64,000 nucleotides of DNA from Magnetococcales bacterium DC0425bin3 (GCA_002753665.1 PEAP01000004.1:1516-65515), one strand, 5' to 3'. Positions 39,620 to 48,564 are shown, counted from the first letter of the stretch. A program made the numbers and translations. The notes: generated by a model from the sequence alone, not told the origin.

Positions 39620-39983
39620 TTCTTGATTTCCGGAAAAGCCTGTTTCAACAAAATCCGATTTTCAATTGTGGATTGAAGGAAAACGGCAACAGCGAAGCGA
39701 GTGGGAGAACTGTTTATTTTTTAGTTCGAGTAGATTTATGTCTATTTGAGGTAAAGATTATACTGAATGTTCAGAAAAAATCCAGGAAAAAACGTTGGCC
39801 AATAATCAGGTTCCCGCTTCCGGGATCGAACCAGACATTCTTCGAATATAAACATAAAAATCAATCTGTTGAACGTATCCGACCTTGAGAGGAGGTCAGG
39901 CCCATCCTGGGGGCGCCGTGATCCATGGACTGCTGCTGCAGGAAAGATCAAAATGCCGTAAACATCAGCAGAGTGAGATCCAA

Positions 39984-41486
39984 GTGTATTGCCACCGAAT
40001 CATCCTGGTCAACCCCCCTCCGGATTACGATCCCCACCTGTTCACCCGATTCCGGCCCGGCCAGGGCACCCAGTGGCCCATCGGACCGTTGCTGTTGGGC
40101 ACCTGCCTGAAGCGAGCCGGTTTCGAAGTGCGTATCATCGATGGCCAGGTGGTCGATTGCGCCGCCGAACTGCAGCGGGAGTTGGCCCTGGACCGGCTGC
40201 TGTGGGTGGGATTCTCCGTCATGAGTTCCCAGTTCCAGCAGGCCCGGGACCTCTCGCGGCTGGTCCGTCGGCTGGCACCGGGACTGCCCGTGGTCTGGGG
40301 GGGGTTCCATCCTACCCTGTTTCCGGAGTCCTGCCTGGAGAACGATTTCATCGATCATGTCGTCCGCGGGGAGGCGGATCGGGCCATCGTGCAATTGGGA
40401 CGTGCCCTGCAGGATGGCAGTCCACTGGAGCAGGTAGGCAACCTGGCCTTCCGCCATCGGGAGGGGGTCATGCTGAATCCGTTGCTGCCACTGTCGGACA
40501 TGGCCGACATGCCGCGCCCCGACGAAACCCTCCTGGACGACTACCGGGTGTATTTTTCCCGGCAGGACGTGCTGGGCCGACCGGCCCGGGGGACGATTCT
40601 GCTGACCGGCATGGGCTGCAACCTCAAATGCTCCTTCTGCCGCAATGCCATCCTCAGGGAAAAACATCGGCGCCTGGAGGCCGAGGCCATCTACAGCGAG
40701 ATGGTCCGATTGCACGCGGCCCATGGTGTGGATGAATTCGGCCTGGTGGATGAAAACTTCTTTGCCGACCGGCCCCGATTGTGGCGCTTTCTGGAGCTGC
40801 TGGAGCAGAGCCCCGTGCGGTTTCGCTGGTCCACCAACCTGCGGGCCAATTATGTACGGGACGGCTATCTGGACCGGGATTTCCTGGCGCGGATCGCTGC
40901 CAGCGGCGGCTACTATTTTTCCGTAGGTGCCGAAAGCGGGGACCCGGCCATCCTGAAGAAGATCCGCAAGGGCATCCGGGTGGAACACCTGCGCAACCTG
41001 GCCCGGTGGACCCGGGGTCTGGACATCATCATCACCTACAGCTTCATGGCGGCCATTCCCGGCGAGTCCTGCGACATGACGTTGCGCACCTTCCGGCTGA
41101 TCCGAGAGTTGCAGGCGATCGACCCGCAGTCCAGGATCATTGGTCCCCAGGTCTTTCGTCCCTACCCGGGCAGTCCCCTGTTCCAGGAGGCGGTAACCAT
41201 GGGATTGCAGGTACCCCGGGATTGGAACAACGCCGAGGATTTCTTTCGCACCCTGTTCCAGTTCCGCCAGATCTCCCCCCAGGCCATCCCCTGGCATCCG
41301 GAACCGGAACGGTTCAAGTATATGCTGCTCTCGTTCTCCATTCTGCTCTTCAGGATGAACACCCCGCTGCGCCGTCTGCTGCTGGGTCCCCTGCACCTGC
41401 TTTCGACCCTGCGCCTCAACAGCGGCTTCTACCGCTGGTTCTTCGAAAAGTGGCTGCTGGACGCCATCAATGCGCGCCTGACATGA
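39984..41486 (+). CDS. B12-binding-domain radical SAM enzyme
   Basis: N-terminal IILVNPPP...GPLLLGTCLKRAGFEV is a B12-binding fold. CNLKCSFCRN is a CxxxCxxC cluster. Start uncertain: GTG 39984 preferred, alternatives GTG 39918 and TTG 39885. Confidence 0.8.
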   Translation: MYCHRIILVNPPPDYDPHLFTRFRPGQGTQWPIGPLLLGTCLKRAGFEVRIIDGQVVDCAAELQRELALDRLLWVGFSVMSSQFQQARDLSRLVRRLAPGLPVVWGGFHPTLFPESCLENDFIDHVVRGEADRAIVQLGRALQDGSPLEQVGNLAFRHREGVMLNPLLPLSDMADMPRPDETLLDDYRVYFSRQDVLGRPARGTILLTGMGCNLKCSFCRNAILREKHRRLEAEAIYSEMVRLHAAHGVDEFGLVDENFFADRPRLWRFLELLEQSPVRFRWSTNLRANYVRDGYLDRDFLARIAASGGYYFSVGAESGDPAILKKIRKGIRVEHLRNLARWTRGLDIIITYSFMAAIPGESCDMTLRTFRLIRELQAIDPQSRIIGPQVFRPYPGSPLFQEAVTMGLQVPRDWNNAEDFFRTLFQFRQISPQAIPWHPEPERFKYMLLSFSILLFRMNTPLRRLLLGPLHLLSTLRLNSGFYRWFFEKWLLDAINARLT

Positions 41487-41501
41487 CCACCTGTTCGAAC
41501 C

Positions 41502-42488
41502 TCAACAGTCGGAAAGTGGTCGGGAGGGCAGGGGAGGCGCTTGGCCCAGCAGGCGCCGGAGGCGGTTGAGAGTGTAGGGATTGCCCGGGCAGGCCCGGCA
41601 ACTGGAGTAGCGGTGCTTGTTCCAATGCAGGCCCCGCCGGAAGGCCCGCACTGGCGGGCCGTTCAGCAGATCCGCCGGATCGCGGATGTCCTCGATATGG
41701 CGCAGGTACAGATCCCGGCCGACGTTTTCGCAGCAGGGCACCTGATAGCCGTCGCTGTTGAAATACAGGCCGAAATACAGGGCATCGCACACCCGGCCCG
41801 GATGGGGGGCTGGGTTGATCTCCATGCCCTGCCAGTAGCTGTTCATGCGGTTCATGAGGATGTCCTGCTCCGGGATGCCATACTCGCGGGCAAAGGCCCG
41901 AGCTCGGGCCTGCAGTTGGGTGTCCTCGGGAAAGTCACTGCCGTAAACCTCCCGGGCCATGTTCTTTTCGCCGTTCTGGAATAGGATCACCCGCACCCGG
42001 CAGGTCCCGGCCAGCAGGATCCGCAGATTGTCCAGGGCCGTCTCCAGCCGGCCCCCCCGACGATAGCGGGCATAGAGGTCGGGTGACAGCACATCCAGGG
42101 CACAGGCCACGGTCAGGTTGGGGGCCGCCGCCAGTTGGCGGGCGGTGCGGGCCGAGAAGTTCAGGTTGGAGGACAGGGCGAACCGGCAGTCCGGCAGGCC
42201 GGCCATGTAGTCGCAGATTTTCGGATTGAGGGCGGCCTCGCCGAAATTGTGCAGGATGTATTCCTCCGCCAGGCCGCGGGTCAGTTCGATGATGCGGTGA
42301 AACCAGGCGTCGGGGATGAACCGGTTCTGCCGATCCAGCACCCGGTGGGCTTGACCCGCCGGGCAGAAGCGGCAGGAAAGGTTGCAGATCGAGCTGGTTT
42401 CGATCACCACGTTGCAGCGGGACCGCAGGGGAACGTACCCGGTATTGACCAGGGCCGAAGCGAACGTGAGAATGCGGGACAGGTCCAT
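41502..42488 (-). CDS. Radical SAM enzyme with SPASM/twitch-like C-terminus
   Basis: 328 aa. ETSSICNLSCRFCPAG. C-terminal Cys cluster (VPCCENVG...SSCRACPGNPY). Confidence 0.8.
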   Translation of the reverse strand: MDLSRILTFASALVNTGYVPLRSRCNVVIETSSICNLSCRFCPAGQAHRVLDRQNRFIPDAWFHRIIELTRGLAEEYILHNFGEAALNPKICDYMAGLPDCRFALSSNLNFSARTARQLAAAPNLTVACALDVLSPDLYARYRRGGRLETALDNLRILLAGTCRVRVILFQNGEKNMAREVYGSDFPEDTQLQARARAFAREYGIPEQDILMNRMNSYWQGMEINPAPHPGRVCDALYFGLYFNSDGYQVPCCENVGRDLYLRHIEDIRDPADLLNGPPVRAFRRGLHWNKHRYSSCRACPGNPYTLNRLRRLLGQAPPLPSRPLSDC

Positions 42489-42497
42489 GGCGACGTT

Positions 42498-44345
42498 TCA
42501 CGCTTCCGGGGCCGACCGGCCTTGGCCCTGCAGGGCATGCAGGCGGGCGAACCGTCCTCCCTCCCGGGCGAGCAGTTCATCCCAGGTGCCCGATTCCACG
42601 ATCCGGCCCTCTTCGAGAACATGGATGGCATCCGCCTGGCGCACCGCGCCCAGACGGTGGGTGATGATCAGCACCGTCAACCGCCCGCGGCAGGCGTGAA
42701 TCGCTTCCAGGACCTGTCGTTCCGCATCCGCGTCCAGGGCGCTGGTGGCCTCGTCGAGGATCAGCAGCGACGGCTGGCTGGCCAGGGCCCGGGCCAGGCT
42801 GATGCGCTGGCGCTGGCCGCCGGAGAGCAGGCTGCCGCGCTCGCCGACGGGTGTCTCGAAGCCCCGGGGCTGTCCCTGGATGAAGTCCAGGGCCCGGGCC
42901 TGCCGGGCGGCGGCCTCGAGGATGGTCGAGGTCGGATTTGGGACGCCCCACAGGATGTTGTGGGCGATCGTCCCGTGGAACAGGAACGCCTCCTGAATCA
43001 CATAGCCCACCACCCGCCGCCAACTGCGCATGGGCAGGGTCCGCAGGTCACGACCATTGATGTCGATGCGACCCGCCTGGAGGGGTATCAGGCCCATGAG
43101 GCAATCGGCCAGGGTGGATTTGCCGGCGCCGGAGGGACCCACGATCCCCACCAACGCCCCGGGGGGAATCGACAGGGTCAGGTCCTGGAGAATGGGAGTG
43201 GCGCCATGGGCGCAGTGGAGGCCCCGCAGCTCCACACCCACTGGCCGGCCGGCCCAGGTCGGCGGCAGGGGGCTGTCGTCCAGGACTTCTGCCGCCCGCC
43301 GAGCCTGTTCCAGGGGGGCGGTGACATGGCCGATGGCGGGCAGGGCGAACATCAGGTTCTGGTGGTGTTGTTGCAGGGTGGCCAGGCGGGGATAGAGGCG
43401 CACGAACAGGGCCAGCACCACGAACAGCGCGCCGGCATCCAGCCCCAGCCGGTCCACACCCAGGGCCAGGAAGGCGCACAGGGCGCTGATGAGGGTGAAC
43501 TCGAACACCGCCCGCTGCACCGTGGGCAGAAAGGCCAGGCGGCGTTGCACCCGGCGCAGGGTCTCTACCACGTCCCGGAACTGGGCCAGGGCCGATTCCT
43601 CGGTGGCGGAGGACTTGATGAACCGGGCTCCGCCCAGCAGCTCCTGGGCGACGCCCTGCAGGCGGCCGGTGTGATGGCCGTAGGCCCGGCCGCCGGCATA
43701 GCCCAACCGCATGGTGCCTCGCAGGGCCAGGAACAGCAACCCGCTGATCAGCAGCAACCCGGTGGTCACCTGCCAGGAGACCAGAACGGCCAGCAGGGCA
43801 TAGACCAGCCCGGTCACCAGGGATGCGGCCAGTTGGTTGAGGCTGTAGAAGGCCGCTTCCAGGCGGCTGGTTTCGCCCACCAGGGCGTTGCTCAGGTTGC
43901 CCGGCTTCTGGTCAAGAAAGAACGGCCAACCGGCCCGGATGCAGGCGGCGAACAGGGCCTCCCGCCACAGGGCCACATAGCGGGTCAGCAGGGCGGAGGC
44001 CAGATAGCCCTGCCCCAGGAACACGGCATTCTGAACAAAGAAGACCCCGATGATGATGGCCAGAATGGTGCCGGGGGTCGGCGGCAGGGTCAGGGCGGCA
44101 AACAGCTCCCGCAGGGCGGTTCCCACCCGTCCGGAGGCGTCGGGGTCGCCGATGCCCATGGCGTTGAGCAGGGGCAGCAGCAGCACGAACCCCACCCCCT
44201 CCATGAGACCGTTGAGGGCCATCACCAACAGCAGCCCCCAGGCCCGCAGGCCGAACCTGGCGCGGATATCCCGCAGCAAGAGACCGAGTTGGGACAGGAT
44301 CGCCGGCTCCCCGGCCGCGTCGGAGCGGGGAGGGGGCTGGGTCAA
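42498..44345 (-). CDS. ABC exporter, fused permease-ATPase (MsbA-like half transporter)
   Basis: About 615 aa. Six TM segments, Walker A GPSGAGKST, signature LSGGQRQR, Walker B LLILDEATSALD. Proposed TTG start at 44345 overlaps the upstream stop (TTGA). The ORF-track N-terminal 90 aa are off-gene. Confidence 0.85.
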   Translation of the reverse strand: MTQPPPRSDAAGEPAILSQLGLLLRDIRARFGLRAWGLLLVMALNGLMEGVGFVLLLPLLNAMGIGDPDASGRVGTALRELFAALTLPPTPGTILAIIIGVFFVQNAVFLGQGYLASALLTRYVALWREALFAACIRAGWPFFLDQKPGNLSNALVGETSRLEAAFYSLNQLAASLVTGLVYALLAVLVSWQVTTGLLLISGLLFLALRGTMRLGYAGGRAYGHHTGRLQGVAQELLGGARFIKSSATEESALAQFRDVVETLRRVQRRLAFLPTVQRAVFEFTLISALCAFLALGVDRLGLDAGALFVVLALFVRLYPRLATLQQHHQNLMFALPAIGHVTAPLEQARRAAEVLDDSPLPPTWAGRPVGVELRGLHCAHGATPILQDLTLSIPPGALVGIVGPSGAGKSTLADCLMGLIPLQAGRIDINGRDLRTLPMRSWRRVVGYVIQEAFLFHGTIAHNILWGVPNPTSTILEAAARQARALDFIQGQPRGFETPVGERGSLLSGGQRQRISLARALASQPSLLILDEATSALDADAERQVLEAIHACRGRLTVLIITHRLGAVRQADAIHVLEEGRIVESGTWDELLAREGGRFARLHALQGQGRSAPEA

Positions 44346-45355
44346 GCGCCGACCCCGGCGGCCTGGCGGCGCGCCTCGACTTCCCGCTTGTGGCTCTCCC
44401 GCCAGGCGATCAGTTCGGCCAAGCCCTCCCGCAATTGGGTGCGGGCGGTGAAGCCCAGATCCGCCATCGCCCGGCGGGGGTCGCCGATGCGGTTCTTCAC
44501 GAACGAGGGTTGGCCGGGTTCGAATTGAATCGAGTGGGGCGAACCGGTCATCTCCAGCACCAGCTCGGCCACGGCGCGGATGGAGGTGCGCACCCCGGTG
44601 CAGACGTTGTAACACCGGTCGGTGGCCGTGGCCCGCAGGGCATGGACGTTGGCGCGGGCGCAGTCGATGACCGAGACGAAGTCGAAGGCCTGGCTGCCGT
44701 CGCCATGGACGATGGGCGGCAGGCCCTGGTCCAGGCGGTCCAGCATCTTCATGATCACCGCGATGTAGGCGCCCCGATAGTCCTGGCGTGGGCCGTAGAC
44801 GTTCATGTAGCGCAGGCCCACATAATTAAAATGCCGGTCGGTGTTCTTGTAGCGATGGTAGAGGGCGCGGCACATGTGCTCCCCGGCGATCTTGGAGGCA
44901 CCGTAGAAGGTTTCGTTGGCGTAGGGGTGGTCCTCGTCCATGGGCTCGCGCACCGCGTCGCCGTAGACCGAGGCCGACGAGGAAAACACCAGCCGCCGGA
45001 TCCGGCTGTCGATCATGGCCTCCAGCACGTTGAAGGTGCCGGCGATGTTCACCTCGAAGGCCGAGCGGGGATAATCGTAACAGTGGAGCAGCCAGAGGGC
45101 GGCGAAGTGGAACACGCCGTCGATGCCTGTCATGGCCCGGCGCAGCAGATCCCGGTGCAGGATGTCCCCGCCCAGCGGAAAAATGTTGACCCGCGGATCG
45201 GCCAGGGCCTGGGCCAGGTTTTCCTCCCGGCCCCGGGTGAAGTTGTCGTAGATGCGGATTTCGGCCACATCCTCCTGGAGCAACTGGTCCACGGTGTGGG
45301 AACCGATCAGACCGGCGCCGCCGATGAGCAACAGTCGTTTGCCTGCAAGGTCCAT
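44342..45355 (-). CDS. NAD-dependent epimerase/dehydratase (SDR)
   Basis: 337 aa. IGGAGLIGSH and YGASK motifs. Confidence 0.85.
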   Translation of the reverse strand: MDLAGKRLLLIGGAGLIGSHTVDQLLQEDVAEIRIYDNFTRGREENLAQALADPRVNIFPLGGDILHRDLLRRAMTGIDGVFHFAALWLLHCYDYPRSAFEVNIAGTFNVLEAMIDSRIRRLVFSSSASVYGDAVREPMDEDHPYANETFYGASKIAGEHMCRALYHRYKNTDRHFNYVGLRYMNVYGPRQDYRGAYIAVIMKMLDRLDQGLPPIVHGDGSQAFDFVSVIDCARANVHALRATATDRCYNVCTGVRTSIRAVAELVLEMTGSPHSIQFEPGQPSFVKNRIGDPRRAMADLGFTARTQLREGLAELIAWRESHKREVEARRQAAGVGA

Positions 45356-45539
45356 GGGGGATTCACTCGTTGGTGGAACGGGGCGATTGGAGGATATGAC
45401 AGATCCGTGGCTCTGGCGAGGGGTGGATCGGGCGCTGGCGGTGGACAGTCCGCCCCGGCAGCCCTAGACTGGCCGACTTCCGGGATTGGGTGGGCCTCTA
45501 CTGCGGGGGTGTCGTTTGTTCGCAACGTTTCTGCCACGC

Positions 45540-46634
45540 ATGGCCCGGGCGGTGGATCTGCTGCGCCGCCGTCCCCGGGGCTGGGACAGCCTGATGATCA
45601 ACACGGCCCTGGCGCTGGCCCGGGTGCCTGGCCCCCTGCGCCTGCCGGTCCATGTGACCATCGAACCGGTCAACACCTGCAATGCCCGTTGTCCCATCTG
45701 CGAGACCGGCAACGCCAGCCTGGAGCGGCGCCGGGGTCTGCTGGAGGTCGAGGCCTACCGGGCGTTCATCGATCACATCGCCCCCCATGCCAACAGCCTG
45801 ATGTTCTACTTCATGGGCGAGCCGTTCCTGCACCCCAGGGCCTGCGACATGATCCGGCATGCCCGGGATCGGGGCCTGTTCGTCGAGACCTGCACCAACG
45901 GCGACCTGGTGGACCCGCTGGCGGTGCTGGAGTCCGATGTCAACCGCATCAGTTTCCAGATCGGGGGCATGACCCAGGCCAGCCATGGGGTCTACCGGGT
46001 CGGCAGCCGGCTGGAGCGGGTCATGGGCAACCTGGAGGCATTGCTGGAGGCGCGCCGGCGCCGGCCGGACTCCCAGGTTCAGGTGGAGGTCGGGTTGATC
46101 GTCATGGCCCAGAACGAGGCGGAGATTCCCCGTTTCCAGGCCTGGGCCAAGGCAATAGGCGTGGACCGCGCCCACCTGGTGCAGCCGGCGGTGCGCACCC
46201 TGGAGGAGGCCCGGGTCTATCTGCCCCGGGATCCCGGCCACTGGCCCTACGACCCCCAGGCCCTGCAGCGGGGACAATTGCGGCCCCGGGTCGTGCCCCA
46301 CAACCGCTGTACCTGGCTGTGGAACTCGGTGGTGGTCAACTGGAACGGCGACTTGGTCCCCTGCTGCCGGGATCCCCACGGACGGCATGTGATGGGCAAC
46401 GTCTTCGCGCAGCCGTTGGCGGAGATCTGGAACGGCCCGCGCCTGACCGCCTTCCGCCGGCAGGTGGCGACGGCCCAGGCCGGGGTGGACATCTGCCGGC
46501 TGTGCGCCGGGTTCGGGGTGCCGCATCTCCAATCCATTCACCGTGGAAGTCGCAACGCGACTTCCATTGGTGGAGGGTGGAGGGAGGCTGCCCCCATTCC
46601 TCAAAGTCAGCAGCAGGCCCCGCCGACGCCCTGA
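45540..46634 (+). CDS. Radical SAM / SPASM-domain enzyme
   Basis: 364 aa from ATG 45540. VNTCNARCPICETG, plus SPASM NGDLVPCC...CRLCAG. The last 31 codons run through repeat copy 4. Confidence 0.8.
   Translation: MARAVDLLRRRPRGWDSLMINTALALARVPGPLRLPVHVTIEPVNTCNARCPICETGNASLERRRGLLEVEAYRAFIDHIAPHANSLMFYFMGEPFLHPRACDMIRHARDRGLFVETCTNGDLVDPLAVLESDVNRISFQIGGMTQASHGVYRVGSRLERVMGNLEALLEARRRRPDSQVQVEVGLIVMAQNEAEIPRFQAWAKAIGVDRAHLVQPAVRTLEEARVYLPRDPGHWPYDPQALQRGQLRPRVVPHNRCTWLWNSVVVNWNGDLVPCCRDPHGRHVMGNVFAQPLAEIWNGPRLTAFRRQVATAQAGVDICRLCAGFGVPHLQSIHRGSRNATSIGGGWREAAPIPQSQQQAPPTP
46539..46606 (+). repeat. Two-hairpin repeat, copy 4
   Basis: CACCGTGGAAGTCGC-AAC-GCGACTTCCATTGG, then TGGAGGGTGGAGGG-AGGC-TGCCCCCATTCCTCAAAG. 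Confidence 0.9.
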
Positions 46635-47668
46635 TCGCCCCCCAGCCGGCTGGCCGACGGGGCGCAGTCGAAGGGACCGAAATGCACCGACCGGTCCCCC
46701 TGCACCTGGAAATGCGCCTGGTAGCGGGTTTCCTGCAGCATGGCGGCGGTGTTGCCGCACACCAGCATGGGCTTGCCGGTGAAGAAGCGGTGATGGTCGT
46801 CCAGGTCGAAGTAATGCGGCCAATCCGGGATGGTGCCCCGGTAGACGGCCACCTGGCCGTAATCCTCGCAAATGTCCTCCAGGCTTTCGAGCTTGAAGGC
46901 CCGAACGGTCACGGAATGGAAATCCACCATGCCGATGCGCGCCGCCACTTCCGGATTGTCGAGGGCGATGGGACGCGAGGCGGTGACCCGGTGATCCAGG
47001 CAGCCGAGGTCGCGCAGCAGGCGGCGGAAATCCTCCCGGTACAGCGCCCCGCCCAGGCATTCGCCCAGCAGCACCGGATCGTCCTGCAAGTCCGCCGGAA
47101 CCCGGCGTCCGGCGAACACGTCGGCAAAATACAGCTCGCCCCCCGATTTCAGCACCCGGAAAATCTCTCCGAACACCGCCCGCTTGTCCGGGGCCAAGTT
47201 GAGTACGCAGTTGGAGATCACCACGTCCACCGAGCCGTCGGCGATGCCCAGGGCGGCCAGATCCTCCATATAGCCCTGGTGAAAGACCACGTTGGCCTCC
47301 CGGAAGCCGAAGCGGGCCATGTGGCCGTCGAGATGCCGACGGGCGACTGCCAGCTGCTCTTCGGTCATGTCCACGCCGATCACCCGTCCCCGGGGTCCCA
47401 CCAGTTGGGCCGCCAGATAGACATCCCGACCCGTGCCGCAGCCGAGGTCCAGCACCGTGCAGCCGTCCAGCAGGGGCGGCAGGGGCGAGCCGCAGCCGTA
47501 GAACCGGTTCAATACCTCCCGATCGATGTTGGCCAGGGCGGCGCGGATGCGGGGGGACAGCCCGGTGTCCGTCGAACAGCAGGCGCTGGTCTTCAGATCG
47601 GCGGAGCCCTTGAGAATGGTTCCGTAATAGTCCTTGATGCTGACATGGACAGGTCTTGCTGCGGGCAT
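46607..47668 (-). CDS. arsM: Arsenite S-adenosylmethionine methyltransferase-like protein
   Basis: 353 aa from ATG 47668. LDLGCGTGRD SAM motif. Four Cys contexts typical of ArsM (TSACCS, FYGCGSP, ISNCVLNL, GECLGGA). Confidence 0.8.
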   Translation of the reverse strand: MPAARPVHVSIKDYYGTILKGSADLKTSACCSTDTGLSPRIRAALANIDREVLNRFYGCGSPLPPLLDGCTVLDLGCGTGRDVYLAAQLVGPRGRVIGVDMTEEQLAVARRHLDGHMARFGFREANVVFHQGYMEDLAALGIADGSVDVVISNCVLNLAPDKRAVFGEIFRVLKSGGELYFADVFAGRRVPADLQDDPVLLGECLGGALYREDFRRLLRDLGCLDHRVTASRPIALDNPEVAARIGMVDFHSVTVRAFKLESLEDICEDYGQVAVYRGTIPDWPHYFDLDDHHRFFTGKPMLVCGNTAAMLQETRYQAHFQVQGDRSVHFGPFDCAPSASRLGGDQGVGGACC

Positions 47669-47685
47669 GTCTGGGACCTTTCGAA

Positions 47686-47756
47686 CGTTGGAAGGATGGG
47701 GGAGGCGCCTCCCTCCACCCTCCACCGATGCAAGCCGGTTTCCGGCTTCCACGGTA
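47686..47756 (-). repeat. Two-hairpin repeat, copy 5
   Basis: Minus-strand reading: TACCGTGGAAGCCGG-AAA-CCGGCTTGCATCGG, then TGGAGGGTGGAGGG-AGGCG-CCTCCCCCATCCTTCCAACG. Lies 17 nt upstream of the arsM ATG. Confidence 0.9.
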
Positions 47757-47808
47757 AAAAAAGAGAGTGGCCGTGGCCGGCCACTCTCCACCAGACGTCC
47801 CTGTCGGG

Positions 47809-48564
47809 TCAAGGTTGCGAAGCGGACGATTCTTCGGGCAGCGTCGCGCCGTGGGCGATCAGCAGATCGGCCGTGGTCTGGTCACCCCGGGTCACCGCCA
47901 CCTGCAGGGGGTTGGCACCTTTCAGGTTGACCCGGTTGACCTCCAGTCCCAGGGTCAGCAACCGCGGCAGCAGGGCGGTCTGGCCATGGCGCACGGCGTA
48001 GAACAGGGCATCCTCACCGCGATGATCCACAGCCTGCGGATCGGCCCCGGCCGCCAACAGCCGCTCCAGCACCTCGGCATGGCCGTACTGCGCGGCGCGC
48101 ATCAGGGCGGTGCGGCCCTTGTCGGTGCGGGCGTTGGGATCGGCTCCGGCCGTCAGCAGCCGGGTCACCAGCTCGGGATTATCCCATTGGGCGGCCAGGA
48201 TCAGGGCACTCTGGCCCCACTGATTGCGGTGATTCACCGCCACGCCCGCCGCCAGCAGCCGGTCCACCACCGGCAGATGGCCCTCCTGCACCGCCACCAT
48301 CAGGGGCGTGAGACCGTCGGCGCCGGGCATGTCCAATCCGCCGACGGGGATGGCCCGCTCCAGGGCGGCCAGGTCTCCGGTCATGGCGGCTTCAGCCACC
48401 GGGCTGGAGACCACTGGCTGGAAGGAAGTCTCCAGGGTTTTTCCGCCCCAGGGGCGGACAATGAGCAACAAGGCCACCAACAGGGCGGCCAGCAAGGCGA
48501 ACGACCATTCCAGCAGGCTGCGCAACTGCCCGGCCGGCTGGGGATGGCTGTGGGTGATATCCAT
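47809..48564 (-). CDS. Membrane-anchored ankyrin-repeat protein (paralogue 2)
   Basis: 251 aa from ATG 48564 (SD AGGGAG). TM helix FALLAALLVALLLIV. ANK repeats closely similar to paralogue 1 (HRNQWGQSALILAAQWDNPELV vs QRNAWGQTPLILAAQWDQLEVM). Confidence 0.85.
   Translation of the reverse strand: MDITHSHPQPAGQLRSLLEWSFALLAALLVALLLIVRPWGGKTLETSFQPVVSSPVAEAAMTGDLAALERAIPVGGLDMPGADGLTPLMVAVQEGHLPVVDRLLAAGVAVNHRNQWGQSALILAAQWDNPELVTRLLTAGADPNARTDKGRTALMRAAQYGHAEVLERLLAAGADPQAVDHRGEDALFYAVRHGQTALLPRLLTLGLEVNRVNLKGANPLQVAVTRGDQTTADLLIAHGATLPEESSASQP

Noticed and set aside
39925-40110. Cys-rich 61-aa ORF (MDCCCRKDQ...) as a candidate RiPP precursor next to radical SAM genes.
   Set aside because: It overlaps the B12-binding domain of the radical SAM gene in another frame. 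Its GC3 is much lower than that of the radical SAM frame, it has no SD at a usable distance, and no stop occurs before the overlap.
42498-44615. The 705-aa version of the ABC transporter, possibly carrying an N-terminal peptidase or extra domain.
   Set aside because: The first ~90 residues overlap the SDR gene and are compositional junk. TM1 begins right after a TTG at 44345 that overlaps the upstream stop. There is no C39-peptidase motif.
45354-45470. 38-codon ORF (MGDSLVGGTGRLEDMTDPWLWRG...) in the divergent region between the SDR and radical SAM genes as a possible precursor peptide.
   Set aside because: Its ATG is the palindromic partner of the SDR start codon (CCATGG). It has no SD, and nothing in the sequence resembles a leader/core peptide.
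45540-46634. Radical SAM gene next to arsM as the arsenosugar enzyme ArsS.
   Set aside because: From memory, ArsS has a CNQxCxHC-type cluster context and a distinct C-terminal domain. This protein has CNARCPIC plus a SPASM domain and is convergent with arsM rather than co-transcribed.
44390-48001. 1203-aa plus-strand ORF, together with other very long ORF-track entries (for example 5923-7764 minus, 29414-32008 plus, 23191-25305 plus, 42135-44528 plus, 15465-16991 minus).
   Set aside because: They run antisense or off-frame to genes with clear motifs. They have Gly/Pro/Arg/Ala/His-rich low-complexity composition typical of shadow ORFs in high-GC DNA, and they carry no recognisable domains.
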